A DNA stretch of 64,000 nt from an uncultured Phycisphaerales bacterium. GTDB taxonomy: Bacteria; Planctomycetota; Phycisphaerae; Tepidisphaerales; Tepidisphaeraceae. Below the pieces are notes generated by a model. It was not told where the DNA came from. It made no database searches and saw only the letters and a program-made list of their open reading frames with translations. Position numbers and translations under genes: made by a program. The DNA lies in assembly GCA_963755915.1 (NCBI GenBank), contig CAVWLP010000002.1, positions 2,976,001-3,040,000 of the forward strand. The letters are read 5' to 3'. Shown here piece by piece: positions 10,582 to 21,266 of this stretch; position 1 is the stretch's first letter; each line of letters begins with the position of its first letter.

Positions 10582-12204
10582 TTACAGTCCCCGCAGCGCC
10601 GCTCCCACTTCCCCCACAACTCCCTCCCAATCCCCCTCAACCTTCTGCCTCACCACGCGCACGCTCGGATACCACGGACTATCCTGCTTCCCGCGCATCC
10701 ACCTCCAATCCCCCTCCGTCCGCAGCAGCAAAAACGTCTTCTTCCCCATCGCTCCCGCCAGGTGCGCCACTGCCGTATCGACTGAAACCACCGCATCCAG
10801 ATTCGCCATCAACCCCGCCGTCTCCGCAAAATCGCTCAGTTCCTTCGTCCGATCCAACATCCCCATCCCCGCCCCCTCCGCCCCGCGCCCTTTCTGTAAG
10901 CTCACCCACCGAACCCCCGCGAGCCCCATCAGCGGTCTCAGCATCTCTACCGGCATCGAACGTTTCCGACCAATCCGATGCTTCGGTGACCCCGCCCATA
11001 CCACGCCCACCCGCTTTCCCTTCTCCGCGCCCAATGCTCCCGCCCACTTCCTCTCAATCTCCCCATCCGCCCGCAAATACACCTCCGCCGGAATCGTCTC
11101 CACCGTCGTCCGAAACGCCCACGGCAAACTCAGCAGCGACGCATGAAAATCAAACGCCCCCATTTCCTCCCCATCAAAAACCATCTTCACCCCCATTCCC
11201 CCAAACAGCCGCCCCAATTCTCTCTGCACGCGCAATGTCACCAACGCCCCCATCCGCGCCACCATCGGCACATACCGCACAAACTGAATCGCATCCCCCA
11301 GTCCCCCCTCATCGTGCAGCAGAATTCTTTTTTCCGTTATCTCCTGCCCCTGCCACTGCGGGAAAGGATATTTCGCCCGCGCCGCCAGCGCATGTGCCCG
11401 CCATTCATACTCCTCAAACCCCCTCCCGTAATCCCCCGCCGCAAGCAGCACCAGCGCCAGATTGTAATGCGCCGGCCCCGACCTCGGGTTGATCGCCAGC
11501 GCCCGCTCAAGCGCCGCCACCGCCTCCTCATGCCGCCCCAGCGATTCCATCGCCGCCCCAATATTCGCGTGTGCATTGGCCAGTTTCTCGTCCTGCTCGA
11601 TCGCTTTTCGATACGCCGATATCGCCTCCTCATCGCGCCCCGTCTCATGCAGCGCCACGCCCAGATTGATCTGCGCCTCCGCCAGTTGCGGATTCAGCTC
11701 CAGCGCCCGCCGGCTCGCCGCCATTGACTCCTCAAATCGGTCCAGCCGATTCAGCGCCGCCCCCAGGTTGCTGTACGCATTGGAAAAATCTCCCCGCAGC
11801 TCAACCGCCCTCGCAAACGCCTCGGCCGCCTGACCTATCTGTTTGTTCCGCAGCAGCAAAACCCCCAGGCTGTTATACGCCTCCGCAAAATCCCCTCTCA
11901 ACTCAATCGCCTTCCGATGCCCCTCCATCGCCTCCTCGACCCTCCCCAGGTTGGCAAGAATCATCCCCCGATTATTCCAAAACTCCGCGCACTCCGGATC
12001 CCCCGCAATCGACCGATCAATCAACTCCAGCCCCGCCTGATTTTCCCCCTTCTCTCCCAGCAAAACCCCCAGCAGATGCAGCGCATCCACATCCTCCGGC
12101 CACTCCCCCAGCACCCGCCGGTAAATCCTCTCCGCCCCCTCCAGCTCCCCAACCGAATGCAGCCTCATCCCCTCTTCAAGTTGTAGATCCACTTTCTCGT
12201 CCAT
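10582..12204 (-). CDS. TPR-repeat protein with C-terminal GT9-like glycosyltransferase domain
   Basis: Several TPRs, then 'EGGLGDAIQFVRY', 'VVSVDTAVAHLAGAMG', 'SPWYPS'. Confidence 0.88.
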   Translation of the reverse strand: MDEKVDLQLEEGMRLHSVGELEGAERIYRRVLGEWPEDVDALHLLGVLLGEKGENQAGLELIDRSIAGDPECAEFWNNRGMILANLGRVEEAMEGHRKAIELRGDFAEAYNSLGVLLLRNKQIGQAAEAFARAVELRGDFSNAYSNLGAALNRLDRFEESMAASRRALELNPQLAEAQINLGVALHETGRDEEAISAYRKAIEQDEKLANAHANIGAAMESLGRHEEAVAALERALAINPRSGPAHYNLALVLLAAGDYGRGFEEYEWRAHALAARAKYPFPQWQGQEITEKRILLHDEGGLGDAIQFVRYVPMVARMGALVTLRVQRELGRLFGGMGVKMVFDGEEMGAFDFHASLLSLPWAFRTTVETIPAEVYLRADGEIERKWAGALGAEKGKRVGVVWAGSPKHRIGRKRSMPVEMLRPLMGLAGVRWVSLQKGRGAEGAGMGMLDRTKELSDFAETAGLMANLDAVVSVDTAVAHLAGAMGKKTFLLLRTEGDWRWMRGKQDSPWYPSVRVVRQKVEGDWEGVVGEVGAALRGL

Positions 12205-12658
12205 CGCGCTCCAAACCTTCCCTCATCGCCCAGGGCAACGCAACCCCCGCCCCCAGCAATACCAGCACTTCCCCCGAATAAATCATCATCGAAACCCCAT
12301 GCAATTTCTTAAACTCCGCCCCGGATGATTGCCCCTGCTCCCGAAGTTGTTCCATCCTCGCCGTAACAAAAATCGGCCCCAGCGCCGCCGGCACCGCCGC
12401 AACCGCCAGCAGCGAAAAGATAACGGTGACTCTCACTGACCCCGACAAAACCCTCCACGCCACCACCCCCAGCAACCCCGCCGCCGCAACGATCAGTTGA
12501 TACCTCTCCCAAACCAAAAACATCTCCGGCGCCGCATTGAGAGCGGTAGGGCGGTCCTTAGCAAACAAGTCCGACACAAACAAAAACAGCGCCCCCAACC
12601 CCCCAAACCAAAGCCCCCACGCAACACAAACCAGCGCCGCCGCGATCTTCCGCAACAT
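12176..12658 (-). CDS. DUF4149/TMEM205-like 4-TM membrane protein
   Basis: Four hydrophobic segments, 'EFKKLHGVS' motif. Confidence 0.7.
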   Translation of the reverse strand: MLRKIAAALVCVAWGLWFGGLGALFLFVSDLFAKDRPTALNAAPEMFLVWERYQLIVAAAGLLGVVAWRVLSGSVRVTVIFSLLAVAAVPAALGPIFVTARMEQLREQGQSSGAEFKKLHGVSMMIYSGEVLVLLGAGVALPWAMREGLERDGRESGSTT

Positions 12659-12693
12659 GCCCACAAATATACTCGAATCCCACAATTACCTGA

Positions 12694-12820
12694 GCCCAAC
12701 ACCCCAAAGCCGCCCCGAACTTCACCCGGCCAGCCATGTGTTCCCGCGGCGGAACCGCCCGTGATATTCGAGTCACCGGCTACCCTCGTCGCACAAACCC
12801 CAACCGATAAAAATCCCTCT
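12694..12820 (+). repeat. ~130-bp dispersed repeat, copy A
   Basis: Core gccagccatgtg..c.gcggaaccgc-N6-tattcgag-N12-ctcgtc.c.caaacc..aaccga, shared with copies B-E. Confidence 0.88.
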
Positions 12821-12978
12821 CTTCCAAACCCCAACAGGGCCGCCACTGCCACCAAACCTCCGCCCCTGAACATTTGCCCATATGCCCGTTTTGCACATAC
12901 AATATGCGTGCCTCATGAGGGATGGATGCCCCGGGCAATTGTTTCTAAGCAAGGACGCATAACACGGAGATCTGATTT

Positions 12979-13917
12979 ATGCCCAAAGCCGAAGTAACGG
13001 AATACACCTTCCCCCAGGGATGGAACGACCCCGCCCGCTCTGACGACCTCTCCCGCAAATACTGCGAAGCCCTGGAAGACGGCGACATCGTCGTCTTCAA
13101 CTCCACCCCCTTCGATTTCTCCAAAGACGACCGCGAGTTCCTCCTCTCCCAAAAACAATCCGGCCTGAAGGTCCACAAAAACGTCTCCTACCGCCCCAGC
13201 CAGGACCTCCTCCGCGGCGACGCCTGCGAAACCCCCGAAGAAAACCAGCGCCTCCACGACATCATGCGCCGCTACTCCAAGGAAGTAACGCGTTTCCTAA
13301 GCCAGTTCCTAGCCCCCTACGCCCCTCACTGGACGTTAGATTTCGCCAGCTACCGCCCCCTGGAAGAAAAAGGCCGCGACCTCCCCTTGCACAAACGCAA
13401 CGACCTCATGCACGTAGACGCCTTCCCCAGCCGCCCGACCTTCGGCGGCCGCATCCTCCGCGTCTTCACCAACATCAATCTCACCCGCCCCCGCGTCTGG
13501 GAAACCACCGACAAATTCCCCGCCCTGGTAAAAACTTTCGCCGACGACGCCGGCCTCCCCACCTTCGCCCGCGAGTCCGGCTCCGCCGGTGAAAAACTCC
13601 GCAAAGCCTTCGCACCCGTCTTCCGCGCCGTAGGCGTCAAAGGCCTCGACCGCAGCGCCTACGACCGCTTCATGCTAAGATTCCACGACTATTTGAAGGA
13701 AAGCACCGACTACCAAACCAACTGGCCCAAGATCCGCATGGAATTCCCTCCCGGCAGCACTTGGATGGTCTACACCGACCAGGTCCCCCACGCCGCCATG
13801 TCCGGACAGTTCATGACCGAGCAAACCTACATCATCCCCCTCAAAGCCATGGTCACCCCCGACCGCAGCCCCCTAAGAGTCTTAGAAAAACACTGCGGAA
13901 AAGCCCTCGTAGGATAA
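12979..13917 (+). CDS. Kdo hydroxylase family (KdoO-like Fe/2OG dioxygenase)
   Basis: 'HKNVSY', 'HVDAFPSRPT', 'RILRVFTNIN', 'RSAYDRFMLRFHD', 'FPPGSTW..TDQVPHAAMSGQF'. Confidence 0.88.
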   Translation: MPKAEVTEYTFPQGWNDPARSDDLSRKYCEALEDGDIVVFNSTPFDFSKDDREFLLSQKQSGLKVHKNVSYRPSQDLLRGDACETPEENQRLHDIMRRYSKEVTRFLSQFLAPYAPHWTLDFASYRPLEEKGRDLPLHKRNDLMHVDAFPSRPTFGGRILRVFTNINLTRPRVWETTDKFPALVKTFADDAGLPTFARESGSAGEKLRKAFAPVFRAVGVKGLDRSAYDRFMLRFHDYLKESTDYQTNWPKIRMEFPPGSTWMVYTDQVPHAAMSGQFMTEQTYIIPLKAMVTPDRSPLRVLEKHCGKALVG

Positions 13918-14041
13918 AATGGAAACCCGATCCCCCGTTTAGCGGCCGCGTTTACGCGGCGCGTCTTCATTCGAATTTCAAATTTGTCCGGGCGCAGCCG
14001 GGATTCGAATTTCGAATTTGATTCGGATTTCTGGTTTCGAG

Positions 14042-15567
14042 TCACACCCCCGCCATCTCCCCAAACCTCTCCCTCAAATTCCCATACAACTTCCCATAAA
14101 CCCCATACCCCCTCCCATAAACCCCCTCAGTCTTCCCATTCGGCTTCCGCCTCCTCACGCACTTCACGCAACTCCTCGCCGCCTCTTCCACGCCGCTCCA
14201 AACCCCGGTCCCCACTCCCGCCAATATCGCCACCCCATACGCCGGCCCCTCCGCCGCGCTCGTGCTCACGATCGGCTGCCGATAAATATCCGCCTGCAAT
14301 TGCAGCCAAAAATCGCTCCGCGCCCCTCCTCCGCTCGCCCTCACCTGCGAAACCGGTATCCCCATCCCCTCCATGATCGTCAGCGCATCTTTCATCCCAT
14401 ACGTCACCCCCTCCAGCAGCGACCGAATCAGCATCCCCCGCGTCGTCCGCGCCGTCACCCCGATCCACCCCCCGCGCGCAGCGGATCCGGATACGGACAC
14501 CTCTCCCCGGTCAGATACGGCAAAAACTGCAACCCCTCACACCCCGCCGGCGCTTTCTTCGCCTCTTCAATCAACAGCACATACGGATCCACTTTCTTCT
14601 TCTTTGCGACTGCCACTTCCTCACCCGCCAGATTATTCCGAAACCACTGAAACGACCCGCCCGCCGAAAGCATGCATCCAAACACGCACCACTTCCCCGG
14701 CACGGCATGACACATCGTATGAACCCTCCCCTTCGGATCCCTCGTAGGCTCATCGCTATGCGCAAAAAACACTCCGCTAGTCCCCAGCGTCGCGCTCACA
14801 ATCCCCGTGGAAGTAATCCCATTCCCCACCGCCCCCGCAGCCTGGTCGCCGCCGCCCCCAACCACCGCCGTCCCCGGCGACAACCCCAATTCCTCCGCCG
14901 CCGAAACCGTCAGATACCCGGTAATCTTCGGCGACTCAAACACCTCCGGCATCAGCGCCCTATCAATCCCCAATAGCCCCATCAACCGATCCGACCACTT
15001 CCGATTCACCACATCCAGCAGCAGCGTCCCGCTCGCATCACTCACCTCCGTCGCATACTCCCCCGTCATTCGCAACCGAATAAAATCCTTCGGCAGCAAA
15101 ATATGTTTCGTCTTCTCATAAACCCGCGGCTCATGCTTCCTCACCCACAAAATCTTCGGCGCCGTAAACCCCGTCAACGCCGGATTCGCCACCATCTCAA
15201 TCAACCCCGCCCGCCCCCCAGCCTTCTCCTCAATCTCCGCGCACTCTTCCGCCGTCCTCTGATCATTCCAAAGCAGCGCCCGCCGCAGCGGCTTAACCCC
15301 ATCCCCCAGAAAAACGCTCCCATGCATCTGCCCCGAAAGCCCGATCCCCTTGATCTCCTTCTCTTTGACTTTCGCCTTCTTCCGAACCTCCCGCGTCGCC
15401 CTCACCACCGACTTCCACCAATCCCCCGGATCCTGCTCCGACCACCCCGGCTTAGGCGAATAAATCGGATGCTCCGCCATCCCCGTCGCCAGCACCTTCC
15501 CCCTCTCATCGCAAATGACGGTCTTCGTCCCCGAAGTCCCAACATCAATTCCCAGCAAATACGCCAT
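14042..15567 (-). CDS. xylB: Xylulokinase (frameshift ~14475)
   Basis: '[10 protein letters not shown]', 'GLSGQMHG', 'LLWNDQR', 'GGGDQAAGA', 'FLPYLTGER', 'SGGGARS'. Confidence 0.92.
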
Positions 15568-15580
15568 ATTCCATTTCTTT

Positions 15581-15622
15581 CCCCCTCGCCCGGTACTCCG
15601 GGAGAGGGTTGGGGTGAGGGCC
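15581..15622 (+). repeat. 'CCCTCTCCC...GGGAGAGGG..GGGGTGAGGG' palindromic element (15581-15622, 21235-21275, in-CDS 34821-34861)
   Basis: Three copies of ~41 bp; the reverse strand reads LTPxLSxxTGRG, a widespread small repeat type. Confidence 0.85.
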
Positions 15623-15674
15623 ATTTGAGCATTTGTTATTTGCCGCCACACCGGATAACAAATGCCTTCCAGCC

Positions 15675-16655
15675 ATGACAATATCCATTTCCCACCTGGC
15701 CGAAAAGATTAACGCCGCCGTCGTCGGCGACGGTGGGGCGGTCATCTCTTCCATCGCCACCCTCGAAGACGCCCAACCCGGCCAACTCAGCTTCCTCTCC
15801 AACCCCAAATACGAAAAGCTCCTCGCCACCACCAAAGCCACCGCCGTCATCGCCCCCAACCACACCCGCTCCAAATCCGTCACCCTCCTCCGCTGCGACG
15901 ACCCCTACTTCGCCTTCATGCAAGCCATGGTCCTGATCCACGGCCACCGCAAACATCCATTCACCGGCATCCACCCCAACGCCCACGTCGACCCCACCGC
16001 CAAAATCGCCGAAGGCTGCACGATCTACCCCGGCGTCTACGTCGGCCCCCGCGCCACCTTGGGCCGCGACTGCCTCCTCTACCCCAATTCCGTCGTCTAC
16101 GATGACTGCATCCTCCACGACCGCGTCACCCTCCACGCCGGCGCCGTCATCGGCGTAGACGGCTTCGGCTACGCCACCCACGCCGGCGCCCACCACAAAA
16201 TCCCCCAAATCGGCATCGTCGAACTCATGAACGACGTAGAAATCGGCGCCAACGCCACCATCCAGCGCGCCACATTAGGAAAAACCATCATCGGCGCAGG
16301 CACCAAAATCGACGACCTCGCAGTCATCGGCCACGGCACCACCATCGGCGACCACGCCCTCATCGTCTCCCTCTCCGGAATCGCCGGCTCCACCAAAATC
16401 GGCCACCACCTCACCCTCGGCGGCCAGGCCGGCATCGCCGGACACCTCCTCCTCGGCAACCACGTCTCCATCGCCGCCCGCGCCGGTGTCGCCACCAACG
16501 CCCCCGACAACGTCATCCTCTACGGAGCCCCCGCAACCCCCGCCCCCCACGGCCGAAAGGCCATCACCCTCCTCGCCCAACTCCCCGAAATCGTCGACCG
16601 AATCCGAAAATTAGAAAAATCCCGAAATAAATCCCCCCAAAAACGTCACAAATAA
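15675..16655 (+). CDS. lpxD: UDP-3-O-(3-hydroxyacyl)glucosamine N-acyltransferase
   Basis: 'LSFLSNPKY', hexapeptide repeats, 'DGFGYA', 'KIPQIG', 'VEIGAN', 'GTKIDD'. Confidence 0.95.
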   Translation: MTISISHLAEKINAAVVGDGGAVISSIATLEDAQPGQLSFLSNPKYEKLLATTKATAVIAPNHTRSKSVTLLRCDDPYFAFMQAMVLIHGHRKHPFTGIHPNAHVDPTAKIAEGCTIYPGVYVGPRATLGRDCLLYPNSVVYDDCILHDRVTLHAGAVIGVDGFGYATHAGAHHKIPQIGIVELMNDVEIGANATIQRATLGKTIIGAGTKIDDLAVIGHGTTIGDHALIVSLSGIAGSTKIGHHLTLGGQAGIAGHLLLGNHVSIAARAGVATNAPDNVILYGAPATPAPHGRKAITLLAQLPEIVDRIRKLEKSRNKSPQKRHK

Positions 16656-16724
16656 CAGCCGACATGACATCTACTATATGGAAACGCCCACGGCGCCGCC
16701 GTGGGGCATTTATGCCCATTCCCT

Positions 16725-16797
16725 GCCCAACACCCCAATGCCACCCCGAACTTCACCAGGCCAGCCATGTGTCCCCGCGGCGGAACCGCGTTTTATA
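16725..16797 (+). repeat. ~130-bp repeat copy B, left half (right half 18273-18325), interrupted by IS110
   Basis: Joining ggaaccgcgtttt-ATA to ttcgagccacc restores the consensus spacing. Confidence 0.88.
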
Positions 16798-16870
16798 ATC
16801 GCATGAAAGGCCATCTCCCTGCCGGAAGTTAACATTCCGGTTTTGGTGTCATTCACACAAGGAGATAGCC

Positions 16871-18070
16871 ATGAAGTTATACGACAAGGTAGTTCAGGTA
16901 GGGCTGGACGTCCATCGGAAGTTCTCGTCCGCCAGTCTGCGCGACGCTTCCGGGAAGGTCATTGCTCGCGAACGCCTGGATCACCTGGATCGCCAAAAGC
17001 TTCGAGAGCGAATCGCTCAGTGGCCGCGAGGCACGCCGGTGATCCTGGAAGCGACATTTGGCTGGGGATGGCTCAGCGATGAGTTGCAGATTTTGAACAT
17101 GCAGCCCCACCTGGCCTCGAGCCGCAAAGTGGCGGCATGGCGGGAAGGACGCGGGATCGCCAAGAGCAACAAGGTCGATGCCGACCTGCTCAGTGAACTC
17201 TGGAACGAAAAACCGATATTTAAGCGAGGCATCATGAAGCGCTGGTGGGAAGTCTGGCTGGCCCCACGCGAGATTCGTGATCAGCGGGAGCTGCTGCGCC
17301 ATCGGATGACCCTCGTTCAGGCTCAAACGCAGTTGAAAAATCGCATTCACGCGACGCTGCACCGCCATGGAATCGTCAGCGAGCTCACCGACCTCTTCGG
17401 TGTGCAGGGCCGGCGTTTCCTGTCGCTGCTCACCGAGGACAAGACCCTGAGCCTCTCAGGACGCCAGACGCTCAAGGAAGATCTCATGCTGCTGGATTCT
17501 CTGCGTCGCCTGATCGCACGGGCCACCCGCCGGTTCCGCGCGACCATGAAACGATCGGAGATCGGCCAGCGCCTGATGACCGTGCCGGGCATCTCCACCG
17601 TGCTGGGATATACGCTGGTCGCCGAGATCGGCCGAATCGATCGTTTCTCCTCCAGTCGATGCCTGCTCCAATACAGCCTGCTGGCGCCGCAGGCCGACGA
17701 CAGCGGAGAAGATCGCGATGCCAAGCCCATCGGCCGCCGACTTGGTCACGCCGGTCGCACTACCCTTCAGTGGGCCTTTATTCAGGCCGCCCACTCGGCA
17801 GTGCAAAGGGACGCTTTTTTGCGAGAACTTTTCAATCGCCGTACCAACAACGGCAAACAGGACCGCGGTCGCGGCTACATCACCGTCGCCAACCGCATAT
17901 GTCGGATCGTCTATTCAATGTGGAACAACAACCAGGATTATCAGGAGGTGCCGCCCCCAAGACCGGGAAGCAAAAGACATAAGGAACTGATCTCGTCCGG
18001 AAGTGGGCCAGCCCTGGCTCGAATTGGCCATGAGCCCGAAGCAATTCAGGCTCGAGAGGCCACGTTATAA
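16871..18070 (+). CDS. IS110-family DEDD recombinase/transposase
   Basis: 'VGLDVH', 'ILEAT', 'KSNKVDA', 'TVPGIS', 'AEIGRIDRF', 'DDSG' catalytic Ser; SD GGAGA. Confidence 0.95.
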   Translation: MKLYDKVVQVGLDVHRKFSSASLRDASGKVIARERLDHLDRQKLRERIAQWPRGTPVILEATFGWGWLSDELQILNMQPHLASSRKVAAWREGRGIAKSNKVDADLLSELWNEKPIFKRGIMKRWWEVWLAPREIRDQRELLRHRMTLVQAQTQLKNRIHATLHRHGIVSELTDLFGVQGRRFLSLLTEDKTLSLSGRQTLKEDLMLLDSLRRLIARATRRFRATMKRSEIGQRLMTVPGISTVLGYTLVAEIGRIDRFSSSRCLLQYSLLAPQADDSGEDRDAKPIGRRLGHAGRTTLQWAFIQAAHSAVQRDAFLRELFNRRTNNGKQDRGRGYITVANRICRIVYSMWNNNQDYQEVPPPRPGSKRHKELISSGSGPALARIGHEPEAIQAREATL

Positions 18071-18200
18071 TTGGGCCGCCCGCGCCGGATGAGATCATGT
18101 GCCGCTCGGCCAAACGCTGTTGATCGGGCCCGGCCAGCACGAATGGATATATGGACCGCCGAGAGGCCAGTCACCAGCCGGCAGACGGACGAAGAGGTCT
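18004..18200 (+). ncRNA. Putative bridge/seek RNA of the IS1111-type element
   Basis: Stem/internal-loop whose loop strands match the target (TGGCTCGAAT 18015-24; CGTTATA 18063-69); a downstream loop has ATGGATA (18143-49), matching the IS right end. RNA ends uncertain. Confidence 0.7.
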
Positions 18201-18460
18201 CGGAATGAAAAAGAAGTAACCGCTTTTCGCGAGGAGAATTTTTTTGTTGATCGGGGAAGCCTTTCATGGATATTCGAGCCACCGCATTTCCTCGTCACTC
18301 AAACCACAACCGAAAATACTCTTCTTCTTCTCTCTGTATGCCGACTCGAATTCCTCACTGGACAAGAAAGACACCATCCCATCGCAACAATTTTGCACTA
18401 CCTTGTTCTGAATCCCCCAACATGTTCTAATTTAATTTTAACAGCAAACCCCGCGGAAAT

Positions 18461-19585
18461 ATGGGCTTCATAGAACGCATGAAATGGTGGCACTGGACCC
18501 TCATCAGCATCGCTCTCGGTGCATTCCTCGCCTACATCAACTCCGGCGGCGCCGACACCTCCGTCAACCACGAATCCGTCTCCACCGTAACCTTCGAAAC
18601 CGGCCTCCTCCTCCGCCCCTGGGTCGACCCCAGCAACCCCAACCGCCGCGAGGCCTGGTTCAGCGGCCTCGTCATCCACCCCGTCCAGGACGTCCCCGTC
18701 GGCGACCACACCGTCAAGATGCAGCTCATCAGCTTCACCCGCCTCCTCGCCCCCGACAAAGACCACCCCTCCGGCTCAACCCAAACCCAATGGTGCTGGG
18801 TGCCTTTCCCCTACGAGCCCACCCCACGCCAGAGCGCCCGCGCCAACAGCCAGCCTTATCCTGGCACCAGCGTCTACGTCGGAAAAAAAGGCGACACCCT
18901 CGACTCCCTCGCCGCTCGCTTCTATCACAAGTCCACGCCCCTCGGCATCCACTCCATCATCTATGCCAACTCCTCCCTCCGCGAAGCCCACGGCCCATCC
19001 CAAATCAAAATCACCCCCGGCCGCGCCTACTGGATCCCCTGGAACCCCGCTGACGGACACAACGTCACCGACTTCATCCTCGCCGCCAACCAATATCTCC
19101 AAAAGCAGCAGGGCGATAACGCCCTCCTCGTCTCCTTCCATTACCGCTGGTGGGAAAACTCCAAATACACCTACGAAGCCTGGATGATCGCCTCCTTCCT
19201 CCTCGTCGGCGTCATCTGGCCCACCCTCCTCTCCGTCATGATCAAAGGCGGCTACGGCCGCATGACCCCCGACGAATACAACCTAGCCCGCTTCAAAGGC
19301 GGCCCCGAGCCCACAACCGCCAAACCCACCGCTCCCGTCGTCACCCAATCCGACATGGACCGCCTCCGCGAGCTCGAAGAATCCCTCGCCGCCTCCATCA
19401 AAGCCTCTCCAACGGAAACTCCCGTCCCCGCACCCGTCGCCGCCGCCCCCCCCGAAGTCAAAAAACTCACCGCCACCCCGGAAACTTCAAAGATCGTCCC
19501 CCAATCCCCCGAAGAACCCACAGAATACACCGGAGAATTTTACCCCGTTGTAAAACCCCACGAAAAACCCAAAGATACCCCCTAG
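18461..19585 (+). CDS. LysM-domain membrane protein
   Basis: Two TM segments; 'YVGKKGDTLDSLAARFY...IIYAN..L....I.PG..YWIP' LysM; Pro-rich tail. Confidence 0.75.
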   Translation: MGFIERMKWWHWTLISIALGAFLAYINSGGADTSVNHESVSTVTFETGLLLRPWVDPSNPNRREAWFSGLVIHPVQDVPVGDHTVKMQLISFTRLLAPDKDHPSGSTQTQWCWVPFPYEPTPRQSARANSQPYPGTSVYVGKKGDTLDSLAARFYHKSTPLGIHSIIYANSSLREAHGPSQIKITPGRAYWIPWNPADGHNVTDFILAANQYLQKQQGDNALLVSFHYRWWENSKYTYEAWMIASFLLVGVIWPTLLSVMIKGGYGRMTPDEYNLARFKGGPEPTTAKPTAPVVTQSDMDRLRELEESLAASIKASPTETPVPAPVAAAPPEVKKLTATPETSKIVPQSPEEPTEYTGEFYPVVKPHEKPKDTP

Positions 19586-19646
19586 CTCCACCCATGTATT
19601 TGTTTAGCCGCGACCCGCAGGGGAGCGCTTTCTTCGACTGATCCTT

Positions 19647-19997
19647 ATGCCCAACGAAACTCCTCCCATCCTCGCCCTCGTCCGCGACCTCATGTTTTCG
19701 AGTCGCATCACCGCCGAAGCCCGCGCCGCCAGCGCAAACATAAAAATCATCCGCGACCCCACCCAGCTCGATTCCTCCGACCCCACCTCCACCCTCATGC
19801 TCGTAGACCTCAACCTCCCCGGCGCAATCCAAGCCGCCGCCGCCTGGCAATCCCAATCCCCCAACCGCACCGCCGTAGGCTTCGTCTCCCACGAAGACGC
19901 GAGCACTATTTCACAAGCCCGCACCGCAGGCCTCCAACAAATCCTTGCCAGAAGCCGCTTCGTCCAGCTCCTCCCCCAACTCCTCTCCCAAAAATAA
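19647..19997 (+). CDS. Small CheY-like receiver-domain protein
   Basis: 'DLMFSSRI', 'LVDLN', 'VGFVSH', 'AR.AG...L.RS.F'. Confidence 0.65.
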   Translation: MPNETPPILALVRDLMFSSRITAEARAASANIKIIRDPTQLDSSDPTSTLMLVDLNLPGAIQAAAAWQSQSPNRTAVGFVSHEDASTISQARTAGLQQILARSRFVQLLPQLLSQK

Positions 19998-20154
19998 GTC
20001 TCCCCCCTTTGCCTGAAATGGGAACGCCCACGGCGCCGCCGTGGGGAATTTTGCAAATTATTCACCAATCTCAATCTGACCCACCCCCGCAATCCCCATT
20101 GCAACCTCCGCCCCCATCCATAAACTCAACACCCTAATTTCAAGGAGTTCCTAA

Positions 20155-21219
20155 ATGTCTACCGCAAACCGTCAACTTATCGATCTCCTCGGCCCCGATG
20201 CCGATTCCCTCTTGAACTACACCGCCAAAGGTTTCAAACGCGATCTCCTCCACCTCCCCGGCCCCGACTTCGTCGACCGAATCCTCGCCGCCACCGACCG
20301 CTCCTCCAACGTCCTCCGAAATTTCCACCTCATCATGAACACCGGCCGCCTCGCCAAGACCGGCTTTGTCTCTATCCTCCCCGTCGATCAGGGCATCGAG
20401 CACTCCGCCGGCGCCAGCTTCTCCCCCAACCCCATCTACTTCGACCCCGAAAACATCGTCAAGCTCGCCGTCGAAGGTGGCTGCAACGCCGTCGCCTCCA
20501 CACTCGGCGTCCTCGGCTCCTGCTCCCGCAAGTACGCCCACAAAATCCCTTTCCTCGTCAAGCTCAACCACAATGAGCTCTTGTCCTATCCCAACAAGTT
20601 CGACCAGATCATGTTCGCCCAGGTCAAACAGGCCTTCGACATGGGCGCCGTCGCCATCGGCGCTACCATCTACTTCGGCTCCGCCGAATCCGACCGCCAG
20701 ATCCAGGAAGTCTCCCGCGCCTTCGCCGCCGCCCACGAGCTCGGCCTCGTCACCGTCCTCTGGTGCTACCTCCGAAACCCCGCCTTCTCCACCCCCGACA
20801 AAAATTTCGACCTCGCCGCCGACCTCACCGGACAGGCCAACCACCTCGGCGTCACCATCCAAGCCGACATCATCAAACAAAAACTCCCAGAAAATAACGG
20901 CGGCTTCACCACCCTGAAATTCGGCAAAACCAGCAAAAAAGTCTACTCCGATCTAACCCCCGGCGACCACCCCATCGAACTCTGCCGCTATCAAGTCGCA
21001 AATTGTTACATGGGCCGCAGCCCGTTAATCAACTCCGGCGGCGACTCCGGCGAGCACGACTTCGCCGACGCCGTCCGCACCTCCGTCATCAACAAACGCG
21101 CCGGCGGCATGGGCCTGATCTCCGGCCGAAAAGCCTTCCAACGCCCCATGCAAGACGGTGTAAAATTATTAAACGTCATCCAAGACGTCTACCTGGACCA
21201 AGGAATCACTATCGCCTAG
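20155..21219 (+). CDS. fbaB: Class I fructose-bisphosphate aldolase (DhnA type)
   Basis: '[16 protein letters not shown]', '[11 protein letters not shown]', 'ADIIKQKLP', '[10 protein letters not shown]'; SD AAGGAG. Confidence 0.95.
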   Translation: MSTANRQLIDLLGPDADSLLNYTAKGFKRDLLHLPGPDFVDRILAATDRSSNVLRNFHLIMNTGRLAKTGFVSILPVDQGIEHSAGASFSPNPIYFDPENIVKLAVEGGCNAVASTLGVLGSCSRKYAHKIPFLVKLNHNELLSYPNKFDQIMFAQVKQAFDMGAVAIGATIYFGSAESDRQIQEVSRAFAAAHELGLVTVLWCYLRNPAFSTPDKNFDLAADLTGQANHLGVTIQADIIKQKLPENNGGFTTLKFGKTSKKVYSDLTPGDHPIELCRYQVANCYMGRSPLINSGGDSGEHDFADAVRTSVINKRAGGMGLISGRKAFQRPMQDGVKLLNVIQDVYLDQGITIA

Positions 21220-21266
21220 GAACCGCGCATTTATCCCCTCTCCCGGTACTCCGGGAGAGGGCTAGG

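Larger units (their letters stand above)
16795..18272 (+). mobile_element. IS110-family element, IS1111 type
   Basis: Sub-terminal 10-bp IRs CATGAAAGGC (16802-16811) / GCCTTTCATG (18259-18268); ATA core at both ends (16795-97, 18270-72); long 3' non-coding region; no C skew. Confidence 0.9.

Noticed and set aside
12694-12820. 130-bp repeat as a conserved small peptide (PGQPCVPAAEP...)
   Set aside because: There is no common start codon, copy C has a stop and copy D has an indel.
16794-16799. TATAAT as an IS-borne junction -10 box (TAT core)
   Set aside because: A TAT core would leave the target repeat 2 bp short of its consensus. The ATA core fits better and gives GATAAT at the circle junction, so the promoter is unresolved.
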